DNA of 64,000 bases from positions 9,064 through 73,063 of the forward strand of contig JBAZTA010000002.1 in assembly GCA_041662125.1 (NCBI GenBank), given 5' to 3'. The notes beneath the pieces were generated by a model. That model saw only the letters and a program-made list of their open reading frames with translations, made no database searches and had not been told where the DNA came from. Origin of the DNA: Candidatus Omnitrophota bacterium. Its GTDB lineage: Bacteria; Omnitrophota; Gorgyraeia; Gygaellales; Profunditerraquicolaceae. The position numbers and the translations under genes were made by a program. Shown here one piece after another: positions 1 to 15,000 of the stretch. Position 1 is the first letter of the stretch. Each line of letters opens with the position of its first letter.

Positions 1-2
1 TA

Positions 3-3000
3 GAAGCTAGCAGTTCAATCTGTATTGATAATGCAATAAACCAGCTCCTTGTTTTAAGAAAGATTAATGTGACGAGTATCCATCCCGATGCATTGAAGGT
101 AATTGAACAAGAAGCGAAGGCATTATATACAAATAACATAGAGTGGGTGATTAAAAGTATTCTAGGGAAAAACTCACAAGATCAAGTCACTGATGCGGAG
201 ATAAAGCTTTTACTGGAAAACGCAGAGATTGAGTTAGCCGTTATGCTTTATTCGCCTGTCCTCCGGCCGGATAATTTACTTCATCCCAATACATTGAAGA
301 AAGATATTCCCGTTAAAGGAGGGATACGTATTTTATCGCCCGTGATTGCTGAAGCAGTGATTGCTGAAATTGTAAAAGAACTAGAAGTAACATTCTCTTT
401 AAGCAAACTCTTAAACGAGTATAGAAGTAACAATAAAAGATTGTCAGTGGTAGGTAAGTATACTGGTGGCTTAATAACAGGGTTGCTTCTTGCACAGAAG
501 CTCAACTTGCCTTTCGATACACTTACTAAGCGACCTTTTAACTTTGAAACTTGTAATTTAGTGGTCACTAAGGTCGAAGAGCCCCACCTTCCAATTGATA
601 GTCCAGAATACTATTCTCATATGGTAGTTTATCCTGGCACAGGCGCTATAGTCGTAGATGATGAAATGACTAAAGGTAATGTCATTGTTAATACAAATAG
701 AGCTTTGGATGCGCTTGGAGTTAAGGTTGAGGCGAATGTGATAGTTCTGCAATCTACGGTGGAATCCGGAGTAAGGTTACGGGAGGAAGGATTAGACTAT
801 TACGTAATGGGGAGTATGGATTATGACCAAAAAGCAAACTTAGAAAGGCCAATGTTCCTGCCACTTAAGAAAATCAAAATAAATAGTAATCAGCAATTAT
901 TTTTCGGAGAATTCAATGCACATAGAGATATCCCATTAGTTGCATATGCCTTAAAAGAGCAATGTGGCAAGAAACACTATTTCGTCGATCATCCGCTTAG
1001 GGGTATGACCATGGCATTGGATGCAGATTTCTATGCTTGCTTCGCACAAATGATAAACGAAGAAATAGGTAAAATTGTCGGGAATATAGGTGCAGCAAGA
1101 AAGAGATATTATGAAAAAGGAAACAGTTTGTATATACTTGGACTAACGCCATCAGGGTTATATCCTGCATTGGCTGCTTCAATGGTTTCTCGGATTCCTC
1201 TCATAGGAGTAACGAATCAATCAGAACCCAGGGGATATCCAGGAGAAGTGATTACCTATATTACTTTAGGTGGTTCTGAATATTCTATTTACAATCTTAT
1301 TAAAGATGACGGTGTAATATTAGTTACAGGAGAGGTTATTAATGGAGAAGAACAGCTAAGAGTTATAAAAGCGTTGAAAGATAAGCAAATAGATGTATTA
1401 GGAGTAGTCTCTGCCATTGAAAATGCTAATTATAATGGGCAGGAGTGTATAGAAAAAATTACTGGAGTGCATTCAAATTCTTTCTATCATTATTCCTACG
1501 ATGAAAAAATATACTCAATAAATTTCTCTGACAAAGTTTGGAGTGCTTTGAAATATGCTGTTAAAGAAATAGAAAGGCAAATAAAAATTCTTAATCCAGA
1601 AGCAGGGATACTAAAAATACAAGTAATGCCATGTTCTTTAACTAGAGGGTTAATGCTTTATGGCAGTGATATTGATCACATGTATATATATATCAATGGG
1701 TTGAGTCAGGTCCAATTAGCAAAGCTAAATACTTTATTTTCTGGTTTATTAAGAATAGAAGGCTTAAATCTTGCAGATACTAATGAGAGCGCCCCCGTAT
1801 TATTATCAACGGAAAATTTAGAGGCTTACGAAGCTAAATATGAATTAAATGATATTCCGCAAATAGTTATCTATAGAAACGGTAAGTTTAGAGATATTTT
1901 GGAACTGGCCGAAGAAAGCAATGTTATGGAGTCAATGCGATTTTTTGAAAGAAACGCTGCACGAGTAAAGCTGCTTTTATTATTAAATGAACTGGATCCT
2001 TTATTGGGGAAGGCTTTTCTTAGATTTAGTTCAGTTAATAAGTATCAGCAAGATCTGGCGAGCTTTATGGATAATGCGCATCAGTATATATTGTCAGAAC
2101 CTGCCAAACAACTTGTGATTACCTTGGATGGCCTGTATAGAAGAAAACAGTGGCAATATAAGATTAATCATGAAGAAAGCGAAGTTTTGGGAGAGGTTTT
2201 GAATGAGTTAACCGAATTCGGTTTAGTAAGAATATATCATAATGCAATTATTCCTTTATGGAGATTGCATGGGATAAGATGGACAAAGCGTTTCTGGGAG
2301 CGTCAGATTAAAATTTCTAGCGATGAAGTCAATATTGAGGAAATATTAAACAAGGTGCAAGAAAAAAATGTGCTCTTTTTATCAGATATAAGTGACGATG
2401 ATCTTATTAAATTATTCCGTTCTGATGAGCCGCTTAAGGTAGAGCAAGCTATAAATGAAATTGGTCACCGCGATAACTTAGTTTCTCAGCTAGCCGAAGA
2501 GCTTATCGATAAGCTAATGTATCCTTCTGTGTTCGTGATAGCCGCTGCAATCAATGTGATTAAAAACCACGGGATAGTATTCCTACCCAAACTAAATAAA
2601 CAGCTTTTTGAGGTAACAAAATCTGGAAAGTTAAATGATATCTTTGGTCCTATGCAAGGGAAGGCACATTTAATTATCAATATACTATTTGATTTAGCTG
2701 TTGAAAATGTTGGGTTAACCGACCAAGTGGTTAGTTTTATATATGAAGATGTATTATCAGAAATTGAGAGGTTTTCAATTCCTCATATTTTGCCGGTTGC
2801 CCTTATGCAAGAGATTAGTATTCATTTAGGCAATATATTTAATAGTATATCTAATATTCAATTGAAAGAGAACGTCTACAGATTGCTTGTTAGGGCACGA
2901 GAAAGTAACGTGGCACGTACAAAAATGGTTGCTTCCGAAGCATTGGCTAAGGTAAAAAATAAGTCCCCTATTGCGGTAAATCATAATGTCGAGATAAGCA

Positions 3001-6000
3001 TAGATGTGAATTCAACCGAAGACGAAAGAGCATTAATTTTTAATGAATTGGAGAATAGAAGAAAAGCGGGTCAGTCTATTGAAATGATTATCGCTGACTA
3101 CGATGAAACCTTAATTAGATACATCCCTGGGGAAAACCGAACTCTCAAGCCTCAAGTATGTTTCTGGCTTAATTGGCTTATGAATAATGGCAGGCGTTTG
3201 ATAATTGCAACTGGCTCTACCTACGAGAGATTCTTTAATACCGCTTTAGATGAAAGGCTACCGATTCCTTTGATAAACTTAAAAGAACTGCATGTGTTCA
3301 CAGAAAACTGTAAATTTTATAATAATAGGGTGACTAAATTTGAAATTATCCCTAGAAAACTGAAAGAACATATTGCCGGTATGCTTAATGTTGAAGGATG
3401 GTATGAGTTAGACGATAAAAAACGTCCAGGAATTCGATTTGTAAAAGCAAATTTAAATAGATCTGAAACAATGACAGTGGCTAGAAGGCTGAACAACGAA
3501 CTTTTACGTTTAGGTTATAATTATGAAGTTATTGTTAATCGTTTAAGCGGACTGGGTGATCTGTGGGCAATAGGTATCTATACAATTACAAAATCAATCA
3601 TATTTGACCCTGCATTTTCATTAGGTATTAATAGCAACAAATCAATGCTTATATTTGACGATGCAGGAGAATTTGGGGTTGATAGATCTTTAAGTGTGCA
3701 TGCAAATGGCGCAATAATGGTGAATGTAGGAGAAGAAATAGCCACACCTATAGGGATGTATCAACTAAAAACCAAGAATGAAGATGGGGCAATTTTAGCA
3801 ATAGAGGCTTTGGTTGCCGCTACTATGAAAGAAATGTATGGAAGAAATTTGAATAATTTATTTCAAGAGTTAAGAATGAGATTGATTCAAACCAAGATAT
3901 TCGAGAACTCCGAAGTGGATTTGATTCTTCGACCTGTCAAAGCATTAACTTTAAAATGGTCATCATCAGCAATAACTATTACCGGGCACACTGGTGACAT
4001 CGGAACTGAGCTGGCACGATTTATCCTTAACAGAAATTTACCAATACGAGTGCTCGTAAGAGAAGAATCTATCCAAAAATCCCTCATGCGATTCAAAGAA
4101 GACGCGGAACTTATAAGGTATTATATCGGCGATTTATTATCTTTCTCGACAATAAGAGAGATGGTGTCTTCTACTACTAAAGTATTTTACCATCTTGGCG
4201 CAATGGTGAGTCAAGAATTTAGTTCTGAACAAAAAGCGTTAGTGTTAGCAATAAATGGTTTCGCAACAGGGTTGATTGTGAAGGCAATAAAAGATTCTAA
4301 TAGAGATATTAAATTAATTTATGCATCTAGTCAAAGAGTCTATCAGCTCTATAACCGGAAAGATGTAGTGGGTTTCATCCAGATTGCATACGATATGTTT
4401 AATAAAGAAATAGGATGTTTTTTTGATCCCTTAAATGCCGAAGTTAAAAGAAGAATATTAGCGGTAAGTCAGGCCTTATTAGATAAACTTCCGCCCGGAG
4501 TAAATATTTACGATATTTCAAAATTACTTGGAGAAAAGTTTGCTAGCGATCTCTCCAATATGACGATAGTCCGTATCAGTAATGTGTATGGCCCAGGACT
4601 TACAGGAAATAGATTGGTACGAAGGCTTATGGGAGGAAGGTTCTCTATTCAAGGTATTGAAATAGTTAATGAAGAAAGAAATTATATTTATTCTAATGAT
4701 TTGATTGAAATATTATTTAAGATTGGCGTTAATGTTAATTCGCCAAGAATCATAGATATTGCAACAGGAGCACAACTTGCCATTGAACAATTGATTAATG
4801 TTATATATAAGTTTACTCCGGACTGCTCAGGCATATTAACTCCGGTTGGTTTACACAAGCCTACTTCTGAGCAGGACGGTGATATTGCCAGGGAAATATT
4901 GGGCAGAGATTTTGTAGATTTGGAGACTGGGTTAAGAAATACTATAGATGATTATAGGTTAAGCGAAACGGATAATTACGTTCACTCGGATCCTGATATC
5001 ATTGTTTTTGATATCGGGGGAACTTCAGTGCGAGCAGGAATTTATAATAGAACAAAAGGAATTTTTAGCTTTATCAAAGAACATTCTCCAAACTTTTTCC
5101 TTTTAAATAGTGATGTTGAGAAAATGCAGGAAACGTTAATCCGTATATTAATCGACACAATCCAATATTTAAGGCTAGAGAATCCGAACAAGACACTGAA
5201 TTATGTAGGCATTGCTTTTCCTGGACCGGTGAATAACGATGGATTTATTACTGGTGCGGCTACTTTGTGGGGCAAAGCAGGAGAGGGCATTTATTATAAT
5301 TTAGCCACACATCTGAAGAAGACTATGCCTGATTTAAAGGAAGTGTTTGTATTAAACGATAATAGTGCGGCTACTTTTAGATATGTATACGAAAAAGATA
5401 TTGAAAAGATTTGTTTGGTTACAATTGGCTCTGGAGTAAGTAATAAGATAAATGATAAGAAGCAGGGGTTGTTAATGGACAAAACTGGGCTTACTGGAGA
5501 AATTGGACATTTGAAAGTCGATTTTTCACGCAATGCTTCTTTATGTGATTGTGGCGGAAGAGGCCATTTGGGTAGTGTAGCGAGTGGGAGGGCGGCTGAA
5601 AGGTTAGTAAAGAAAATGGCAGCACAACAACGTTATCGGATTCTATTTGAAAATTCTTTACTCTTCAAGTTAAGTGGTGGTGTCCCATCCATAATCGATA
5701 ATTCTATGTTAGTTAAGGCTATCAAGAATAATGATAAATTCGCCACGATAATCTTAGATAGGTTCACTTTTTATATGGCCTTGGCGATAGTGCACATTAA
5801 TTGTTCTCAAGTAATAGAAAAATTCTTTATCACTGGTGGCTTTGCTAACGCCTTAGGTCAGCATTATATAGAGTCATTGAAAAGAAACCTTAATAAGCAT
5901 GATTTTTATGGGAGAAAAGAAAACTATGTTGATTCTCTCGTTGAGTTAGGATATTCTGATGATTTAGATTGTTTAATTGGAATGGGATATTACGTAGATA

Positions 6001-9000
6001 ATCATCTGTTAACAAGAAAGCAATCTCTTATCGCTTACAAAGGAGATTTAAAAGAGTCAGCAGGTCAGCATAATAGTGTGCTTATTGAAGCAAGTGCTTC
6101 AGAAAAAATTGAATTTACGAATTATTTTACTACAAATATATTTAGTGAAACGAATACTATATTAGCTTCCTTATGTGAAGGTAGAAGTATTACAGTTGTC
6201 GTTGATGAAGTTATATTTGATTTATATAAAGATGCGGTGAGGAACTATTTAGAAAAACATAAGATTGCATTCACTTTGTATCCTTGGGCAGGGGCAGAAA
6301 GTAATAAGAATTTAGATTCAGTTTTAAGAATGATTAGTAAAGCAATAGAAGATAAAAGGGATCGCAAATCAATTTTTGTGGCAATAGGTGGTGGAGCATT
6401 AATGGATGTTGTAGGATTAGCAGCTCAGCTTTACAGAAGACAAATAGATTACATTAGAATTCCTACTACTTTGCTAGGGCTTGTTGATGCAGCGGTTGGT
6501 GTCAAAGTGGGAGTTAACTATGAAGGGCATAAGAACTTCGTCGGTAGTTTCCATGCCCCTTATGCCGTTATTAGCGATTCAGCTTTTCTTAGTACTTTAG
6601 ATGCAAGACAAATGAGGGCGGGTGTAGCAGAAATATTAAAAATAGCGATAGTATCCGATAAGGAGCTTTTTGAGCAAATTGAACAATGGGGTAAACAGTT
6701 AATTAATAATGAGCCATTTCATAAGAAAGATGGGATTATTAAACGGGCAGCTGTTGAATTATTGAAGCATCTTCAGCGCGACTTTTATGAAAGAGATTTA
6801 ATGAGACATGTAGATTTTGGCCATACTTTTGCCCATCAAATGGAAGATATGAGTAGATATTCATTATTGCATGGAGAAGCGGTAGGTATAGATATATTGT
6901 TCTCTAGTTATATTGCATTGCGGAGAGGTATTCTGCCAATTCTTGTTTTCCATAGGATTGTCAATTTGATTAAAAGTTTGGGATTACCTTTATTTGATGT
7001 CTCAATTAATTTTAATGAAATATGGAATGGTATAGAGAAAGCTAAAGCTCATAAGGGCGGCAAGCTTACAATGGTAATTCCTAAAGAAATCGGGCAGACG
7101 GTATTTATCAATTCTTTATCTAAACAGGAGATTAATGGAACCCTGGTTTATTTTAAGAAATTAAATGAAAACACGTTTCAACAAGATTCAAGTAGCCCGG
7201 TAAAATCAGAAAGGCGAGTTAAGATTGAAGAAAAACTAGCGGCGCAAGATCTGGAGCATAAGGTATATCTGATAGAACAAAAGCATATTAAACAAGTAAA
7301 AGATTTGTTTGTAAGGGGTTATGACTTTGATGTAGTTTATCATCCTGTGGAGGACTGGGATTCTGGTAAGCTATTCTCGTACTATGGAGAATTTGAACAG
7401 GTAGAAGACCCGGATGCTGGTAAGCCGTTCTCTCACTATGCAGAATTTGAATCTGCTGATAGGCCGGAAAGATTAGAAATTGTGGTCAAATCAAGCAGCG
7501 GGATAATATGGGCTTTGCCTCCAGAATTGCTGGAAATAGCATTAACTATTAGGTGTAACTTAAAGTGTCTTATTTGCTCAAGGTTTAACAATGACTGGCG
7601 TAAACAAAAATTAGCATATATATCTTTAAAGCATTTCGAGCATATTTTTTCCTCATATGATTATCCATTTCCTCGCATCCAGTTTTGTGGCACCTCAGAG
7701 CCAACGCTTAATCCTCAATTGGTGGATTTTATTCACTATGCTGCAACAAAAATGGCTTCCGGAAAAGAAATAGAGCTTATTACTAATGCTATATTACTCA
7801 CTCCTGCTCTTAGTATGGCATTAAAGGATGCAGGATTAACTTTATTAAAGGCGAGTATTGACGGCCCGGTTGAAGAAAGGTCACAAGGCGCCCCTCGACA
7901 AGCTCGGGGTAAACAGGTCTCAGGTCGCATGTTACAAGATTTTGGGTGTTTGGTGGGAGCAAGAAGCTCGACTTCACCCTTACGCGCTATAGATCAGGTT
8001 TTAAATAGTGAAAATAGAGTGTTTGGAAAGAGTATGATCCAATCGGTTATGCCTCGCGCTCCTCCGGCTATATATTCATCCGCTATTTCTATAGAAGCGA
8101 TTGGTAGGACGTTAAACCATTCAAGCAGCGCGATCACTGAAGCTCGCAACCGGCGCATATTACAGAGAGTGGTGAATTTCTTGTCAGTGAGAAATGAGTT
8201 AGAAAAAGTTGAATTGATGATGGTGTTGGGAAGTCCTGATTTGCGAATCCCGGAAGTTGCCGCTGAACTGTATAAGCAGGGTTATGCATTTAAGATAATT
8301 ACTTCCGGAGCCAGAGGCAGATGGGGTAATCAAGATTGGAAACTGACAGAAGCGCAGATTTTTAAGAAGATAATGGTAGAGAGAGGCGTGCCGAAGAAAG
8401 TTTTCTTACCGATGGATAGAAAAGCTACTAATACGGGAGCGAATTTGAGGAATATTATTGCTATTCTGAAGAAAAAGGAGATAAAGCCGGAGAGTATTTT
8501 ATTGCTTCAGACGCCTATTTCACAGAGAAGGACATGGGCTAATTTTACCCATGATTTTGAAGCGGAAAAAGGTTATTTCGGAGCAGTTAAATGTGTCAGT
8601 TATGCGCCGTATATCCCTGATGTGGCAGCAATGAGTTATGAGGAATTCTACAAGTTGCTTATTTTTACCTGGGGAGAAATAGAGCGGCTTGTTGAATATA
8701 CCTATAACGGTTGGTTAGATAAAAAGTTATCTAGAGTTTCTAAGAAAATGGTGATGCAAACAGCCGCAGCTTACATGGATGAACGAAAGAAAGAATTAGC
8801 TAAAAAGTTAGTTTCCAGTAGCCCGATACAATATACCGTTAATCGGTACCAACCTCAGGTTTATAGTGTTGATATGTGGGTTAATAAAGTTCCGAATGGA
8901 AGATATTATTTCAATAGAAAAACCAGCGTGGTTGAAACAACTATGCCTCATGATCCCAAAGCGCATGTTACAAAAATTGTAGGCAAACCAATAGAAGAAG

Positions 9001-12000
9001 CATTGGCTCAATATCAAAAGGGATTAGATAAGGATAGAATGTTGGTTAACCTTATCTTAGATGGTGACCTTTATAATAATGATTATTCCTGGACTTTTGT
9101 AAACGGGAAAATATATACTAATACCGAAGAAACAATTGAATATGCGGAGAACTTATGGTTAAAAGATATATATTTTTCCTTGATCATTCTCGAAAATGGC
9201 AGCTGGTCTATTGAAGATGTGAGAGTTAGAAACTTTGAGAAAATAGTCCATGATGATGGTTCTATAGAGTTTGTCGGCGCCAGGGTCTATCGTTTGGGTG
9301 GATCAGAGATAGAAAACGTTAAATATGCCAAATCGTTGAAAAGAAGGGTAGTCAATGGGCAGGTTGTAGATGTTGCTGATGTAGCGCTAGATTGCGCGGA
9401 TATGAATTGGCTGTTCAGGCTGCCGTTATTTAAGAAATTACAGACTGAAAAATATCGCGAGCTGTATTTTGGGACTGCAGAGTTGGCTACGGATAAGAAA
9501 AAGAGAGTTTTAGCGGCAGGCGGAGAAACTGTTGAACTTGGTTTAGCCGAATTAGACACTTTAGTATTCGGAAATAATTTAGCTGAAGAATATAAAGAAG
9601 CATTAATTGAAAAGGTGTTTGGAGATTGGGGATACGAGCGGGTAAAAGAAACAAGTGATATCATTGCCAGAGGCCAGTATGTTCTCGACCAGCAGAATAA
9701 CAAAGTTATTCTCAAGTTATTAGAAGGTATCAATCCTTTGAATCTGATCGGTATTGATAATGATGGTAATTTAGTCACTGTCGAGATCCATGGGGAAGCT
9801 CGTAAAGCAGGTGATTTGAGCACCGGGACAACCATGAATAAAGCCGCTCTTCTGATGAAGGAATTAGGTATTGTTAACGGCGGCATGTTGTCAGAGAGTA
9901 AAGATGTAAAGTGGTATAACTCGGATGGTACTTGGAAGTTCCAGTATGAAAATACTACTGCTATGGTATTTGTGACGAAAACAAAATCTGCCGGCAGCCC
10001 GATCCGCGCATTACTAGTTATAGTTGGTTTATGGGGTATAGTTTTTATTATTTGGCGTATATTCAAGAAATTGAACAGCCACTTGTTAGTAAAGCAAGTA
10101 GATATGTTGTTAGATAATACAATCCTAAGTTTATTTTCAAATCTGCACTATATTAATACCGAGATATTACAGATAGTTGAGCCGGGAACGGTTATTTTGT
10201 CAGAAACTGTAATTTTTGTGCCTAATTTATTGGCTGAATTTGATGATTCGCGTGTGGCTATAGTACATGGAGAAGGTAAAGGTAATGCTTTTATACGAGT
10301 GTCAGCGTTAAGGCAAGTTAATCCAGACAGAATTAATGATTACCATACACTTGTTTGGGAACTCCAGCGAATGGGATATACCATTAAGCATGTGGGATAT
10401 GTAGCATTTGAGAACGTTGATCTTAGTTCAGGGAAAACAAGCAGCCCGATTTTAGGAGAGTTTAGAATTAAGTGGTATCTCTGGAAACTAAGTAGTTCTG
10501 ATTCGTTCATTCAAGAAAGGGCATATAAAACTTTAAGTGAATTAGGTATAACTGTGTTACAGGTGATTCAGCGTTATAAAAAGGACGATAAAATATTAGA
10601 GGTTATTAATCGTAACATAGATTTCTTAAACTGGTATTTTAAGCGGGAATCTGTTTACAAGATTACTTGTGAATCTGGGGAGCGATGGGGAAGCGATGGG
10701 GAAGGGACAGGAGGAGCTTGTTTAAAGTCTTATTTTAATGCTAGTAGGGAGTTGGTTTATAAAGGGTATATGCGTAAGGGTGTTGGAGCAGAGGTGGACT
10801 TTGAGGAGTATGGGGAAGAGGTGGAATATCATAGTGCTGATGAATCTGAGCCTTGGTCAACTCCTTGGAAAGTGGAGACTTTTTATCGCCGTAAGATTGA
10901 ATTAGCTTTAGTGGAATTGAAAGAATTCGCTTTATCTCTTACACAGGAAAATGTGCAAGTAAAAATACACGAGTTGATGGTGAAGGCGAAATCCAGTAGT
11001 CCGATTGAGGATATACAGCAGATCACAAGCTGGGAGTCTTCTGAGGCAGTGTTTGTGTCAGAAATGCCGCTGGCCGAGGCGCCGGAATTGCTTGAGATAG
11101 AGACGTCCAATAAGTGTAATCTAGGCTGTGTCATCTGTTTCCATTCAACCAAAGAAATTAAGCAGGAGAAGCCTGCATATTTGCCTTTGCAGGATTTTAA
11201 ACGTATTCTGGATTCCTATGATTATCCTTTACCGAAGGTCCAGTTCTGCGGTTCTTCAGAGCCGACACTTCATCCTGAATTGCCGGGTTTTGTTGCTCAT
11301 GCAGCAATAATGGATCAAGGTAAAGGAGTGGAGTTGATCACGAACGCCACGCTCCTTACGGCTGAACTTGCAAAAGCTTTGAGCGATGCAGGGTTGACTT
11401 TATTGAAAGCAAGTATAGACGGTCCTGATGAGGTATCATACCGGGCGATCAGGGGACATGATCTTTATCCTGTATTGCGAAATCTTACAAGACTTTCTGA
11501 AATAACCAGTATCCCACTTTGGATAAATTGTGTGGTTACTCAGTATAATTTTAACAAACTCGCTCATATGCCTGCTCTTATTGCTTCTGTCGGTGCAAAA
11601 TATCTTGCTTTTAGGCTCTTTGAATGGCAGACCTCTAAGATTGGTACAGTAGGTTATTATGATAGCAAAGAGCTTAAAAATATGCTCGCGGCCGTGAAGG
11701 AAGAATGTGTAAAGAGAGATATCGTATTGATCTATCCGGATATAACAGAGACAGTAAATAAGGAATGTTTCTTGCAAAAAGAAGCGAATGTTAATCATCG
11801 CGGATTCTTGACACCTTGTTATTATCAACCTCGGGAATCCGTGGGTGAGAAATTAGGAGCTCGAGAGTTCTCTCAGGTCTGGAACAGCGAGGTAATGCGG
11901 AGAATCAGGGCGAATATCAATAATGGCATATATCTGCCTGAATGTTGTTGTTTGGATGCGATCTTCGCTCAGACTCAAACTGATCCTCAATTTCATTATC

Positions 12001-15000
12001 GTTCCAGCAGCGCGATGATGGGTGCCCATATAGGTAAAGGCGGGGACACTCTTGCAATAGTTGCAAGAAATGATGAGCGAGGAGTGACTCCTGCTACTTT
12101 ATCTTTACAGCTTGAGGTGAAGGATTATGTAGCGGGAGATGTTTCTGTCCCGGAGAAGAATTTTAGAATGCCTCACCAGGAACTTATATTTGTGGAAAAG
12201 GGTATAGCTAAAGTAATGCTTAAGGATATCTTGCCTAAATCTAAGGCTCAGTCAACGGAATTGTTCCAAGGAGATTCTGTCCTTAGCTTAAAGGATTTTA
12301 GGCTCAGCTTTAAAGAGCCCTCCACAGTTTCTGTCGTAAGGCAAACCCTTGAATTGAATGTTCAGAGGAACTTATCTGAAGAATTACCTGTAAGAGAGTT
12401 TAATGGGATACAGTTTCCAGAATTTATCTATGATGACAAAGGTGAATTGCTAGGTCTTGTGTTAAGGAGAAATATCGAGCCGCAGATATTCAATGTAATC
12501 ACGACAGCCTCATTTCCGATAGGCGTGGGAGTAAAACTGCCTCCAGAAACTAAGTATGCGGATAAAGCAATAGTACAGTGTCCTCGTGATAGACAAAAGG
12601 CCAAGATATTATTTTCTACAAAAGGCAGCTTAAGCGTACGTGTTTTTGACCGGGATGATACGCTTTTTAGTGTAGAAACTTTATATCCAGGAGATAAGAT
12701 CATTCTGTTGAGCGGGCATAATGTTAAATTCAATGATACAGTAAATAAACTTCTTGAAGCCGTGGAAGGGCCGTTTGAAGGAAAAGAGTTTTTTATAGAC
12801 AAGGGATTGATAGCCAGCAGCCCGATTGAAGGCGTACTATTTACCAAAATATTGAAAGCAGAAGAGTTTGAGAGTTCTGAAGAACTGCCGTTAATCGTAG
12901 AGACTATTTTTCTATTAAAGAAGGAACAGCTGCCTTTGTCAGGGCGTACACAAAAAGTAGTATATGTAGAAACTGGAAGCCTTGTTGTGACTCTGAAAGA
13001 TACTAAAACAATGTGCACCGTAGATACCGCGGACATAATCACAGTTTTTGAGCCGGCTAGCTTATATGCATTGAGAGATTCATTTATTACCATAATTAGA
13101 GAAGGCAAAGCAAATTTAAAACGCGGCCCTCCGGCAGATTCAAAGATAATTCCTGATTTAACACAACGTCCTCGTCAGTCTCCTGAAGGTGTCGCCTATC
13201 CTGAGCTTATCTTGGATACTCAAGATAAGCTATCCGCAATAATTTACAGAGCTGCCAATATATATCCAGAAAAAATGTATCCGGTCAGTATTCCTTCCGG
13301 CGCGATCGGTATTGGCGTAAAAACTGTCAACGGACCGGAAAAGCTGCATATCGAGCCGGATAACTATATGGAAGTTCTGATCGTTGTCAACGGCAGATCA
13401 CAAGCTGCATTTACCGATTCAAATTGGAACAATCCAATCTCAACAATAATTAAATCCGGCGAAAAAGTGATCATTTATCCTAACACCGGGCATGGATTTA
13501 TCTATACGGGTTGCAAGATGCTCGTTGTTATGCAAGGCCCCTTTACCGGTAATCCTAAAACGTATCCTTTAGAAAAATCCAGCAGCCCGGTACTTACTTC
13601 TGATGCGATTGTTTCACAGTGGCTTAAGTTTAATCATCCTCCTCAGAGCGTTATCCTTGGTGATGCTTTGGTGAATGTTTTTGTGACCCGGCAGGGCGTG
13701 AGCGGTTGGAATAATCATATTGCCGGCGGCACCGGACTCTACGCGAAGATCATTCCTTCCTTAACGCTTGAAGATGGTCGTTCCATTATATTTGTTGTGG
13801 GAGATATATTAGCGGTCAAGGATATTAAGCTATTGTATAAGGATGCGGAATTCTCTGAAAGTGTTAATGCTTTTGAACGCAAGGCGCGCAGGCTGCAAAC
13901 TCTTGAGCAGATGCGTTGGCCTCATGAAAGGGTTCTTTTACCCATTGTCAGACTTATGGGCTTGATGGCAGAAAAGTACCGTTTGAACGGCCGTAGTGTC
14001 ACCTTCGATTACGACGATGATAATTCCATGATACAAGCTATTGCAAGGAAAACGCTCATCTCGCTTTTATGGATACTCAAAGAAAATAATGATTCTGAGT
14101 TAGCTATTTACTTAAGCCAACGGCGTATGGATTTTGAAAAGCTCATCGCGCTTCCTGAATATGAGCTGCGCAAGTTTCCCCCTCACTTGTTTTTAAGAGC
14201 TGATCATATCCGTTGGCAGCACTATTATGAAAGCCGTAAGCATGCAGCAAATGATGATTTTCGGCAGTTGGCAGCTTTGAGAATGGAAAGCTATCCGCTG
14301 ACAGTAAAACATTTTGATATTGAGATGGTGAAATGGTTTGAGGCTTATCAGAAGCTCGGCGATTATTTGGATATTGGCTTTGAATCAGTATTCTCTCCGA
14401 TGCAAGAAGAACATGTTTCTCTGAGCCTGGCCACAGCTGCTCTGCGCGCTTTCCTTACAATTCTTTTTGAACGTCAAGACATGGTATTGCTGACTTTCGA
14501 ACGGATGAAAGGAATATCCTATGAACAGCTCTTATCTTTGTCTCGTCAAGAGCTCTTGTCTTTGCGCCTTGATCAGGTATGGTTAAGGGCTGAAGAGCTG
14601 CTTTGGCAGGAATATTCCGCAGGCAGGGATACTGATCAAGAAATCTTGCAATTTTCCCGCGAGCGTGAATTTATTTTGCGCAAGAATGAAGAGATCAGGC
14701 TTATGTCTGAGATCAATGCTTTTATTTCACAAGGCATGGGAGAACGCTTGGCAAAGAATATGGATGTGGAAGTAGAGATTGTTCAGTTGACCGATGAGCA
14801 GATAGAAAGTTCTTTAGGGATAGAGAGGTTGCGATCTGATAATGGGCAGCCAATTCAATTGAACGCCTGCACTTTCCCAGGGCTTGTTGGAAGATTAGCA
14901 TTTTTGTATGGAGACGGTGGTTATGTGCAGGGTGTTTCAGAATCAGGGGCGCTCTTCCCGATAGATTCTCAGGCTGATTTTGTAGAGGCTTTGGCGCGCG

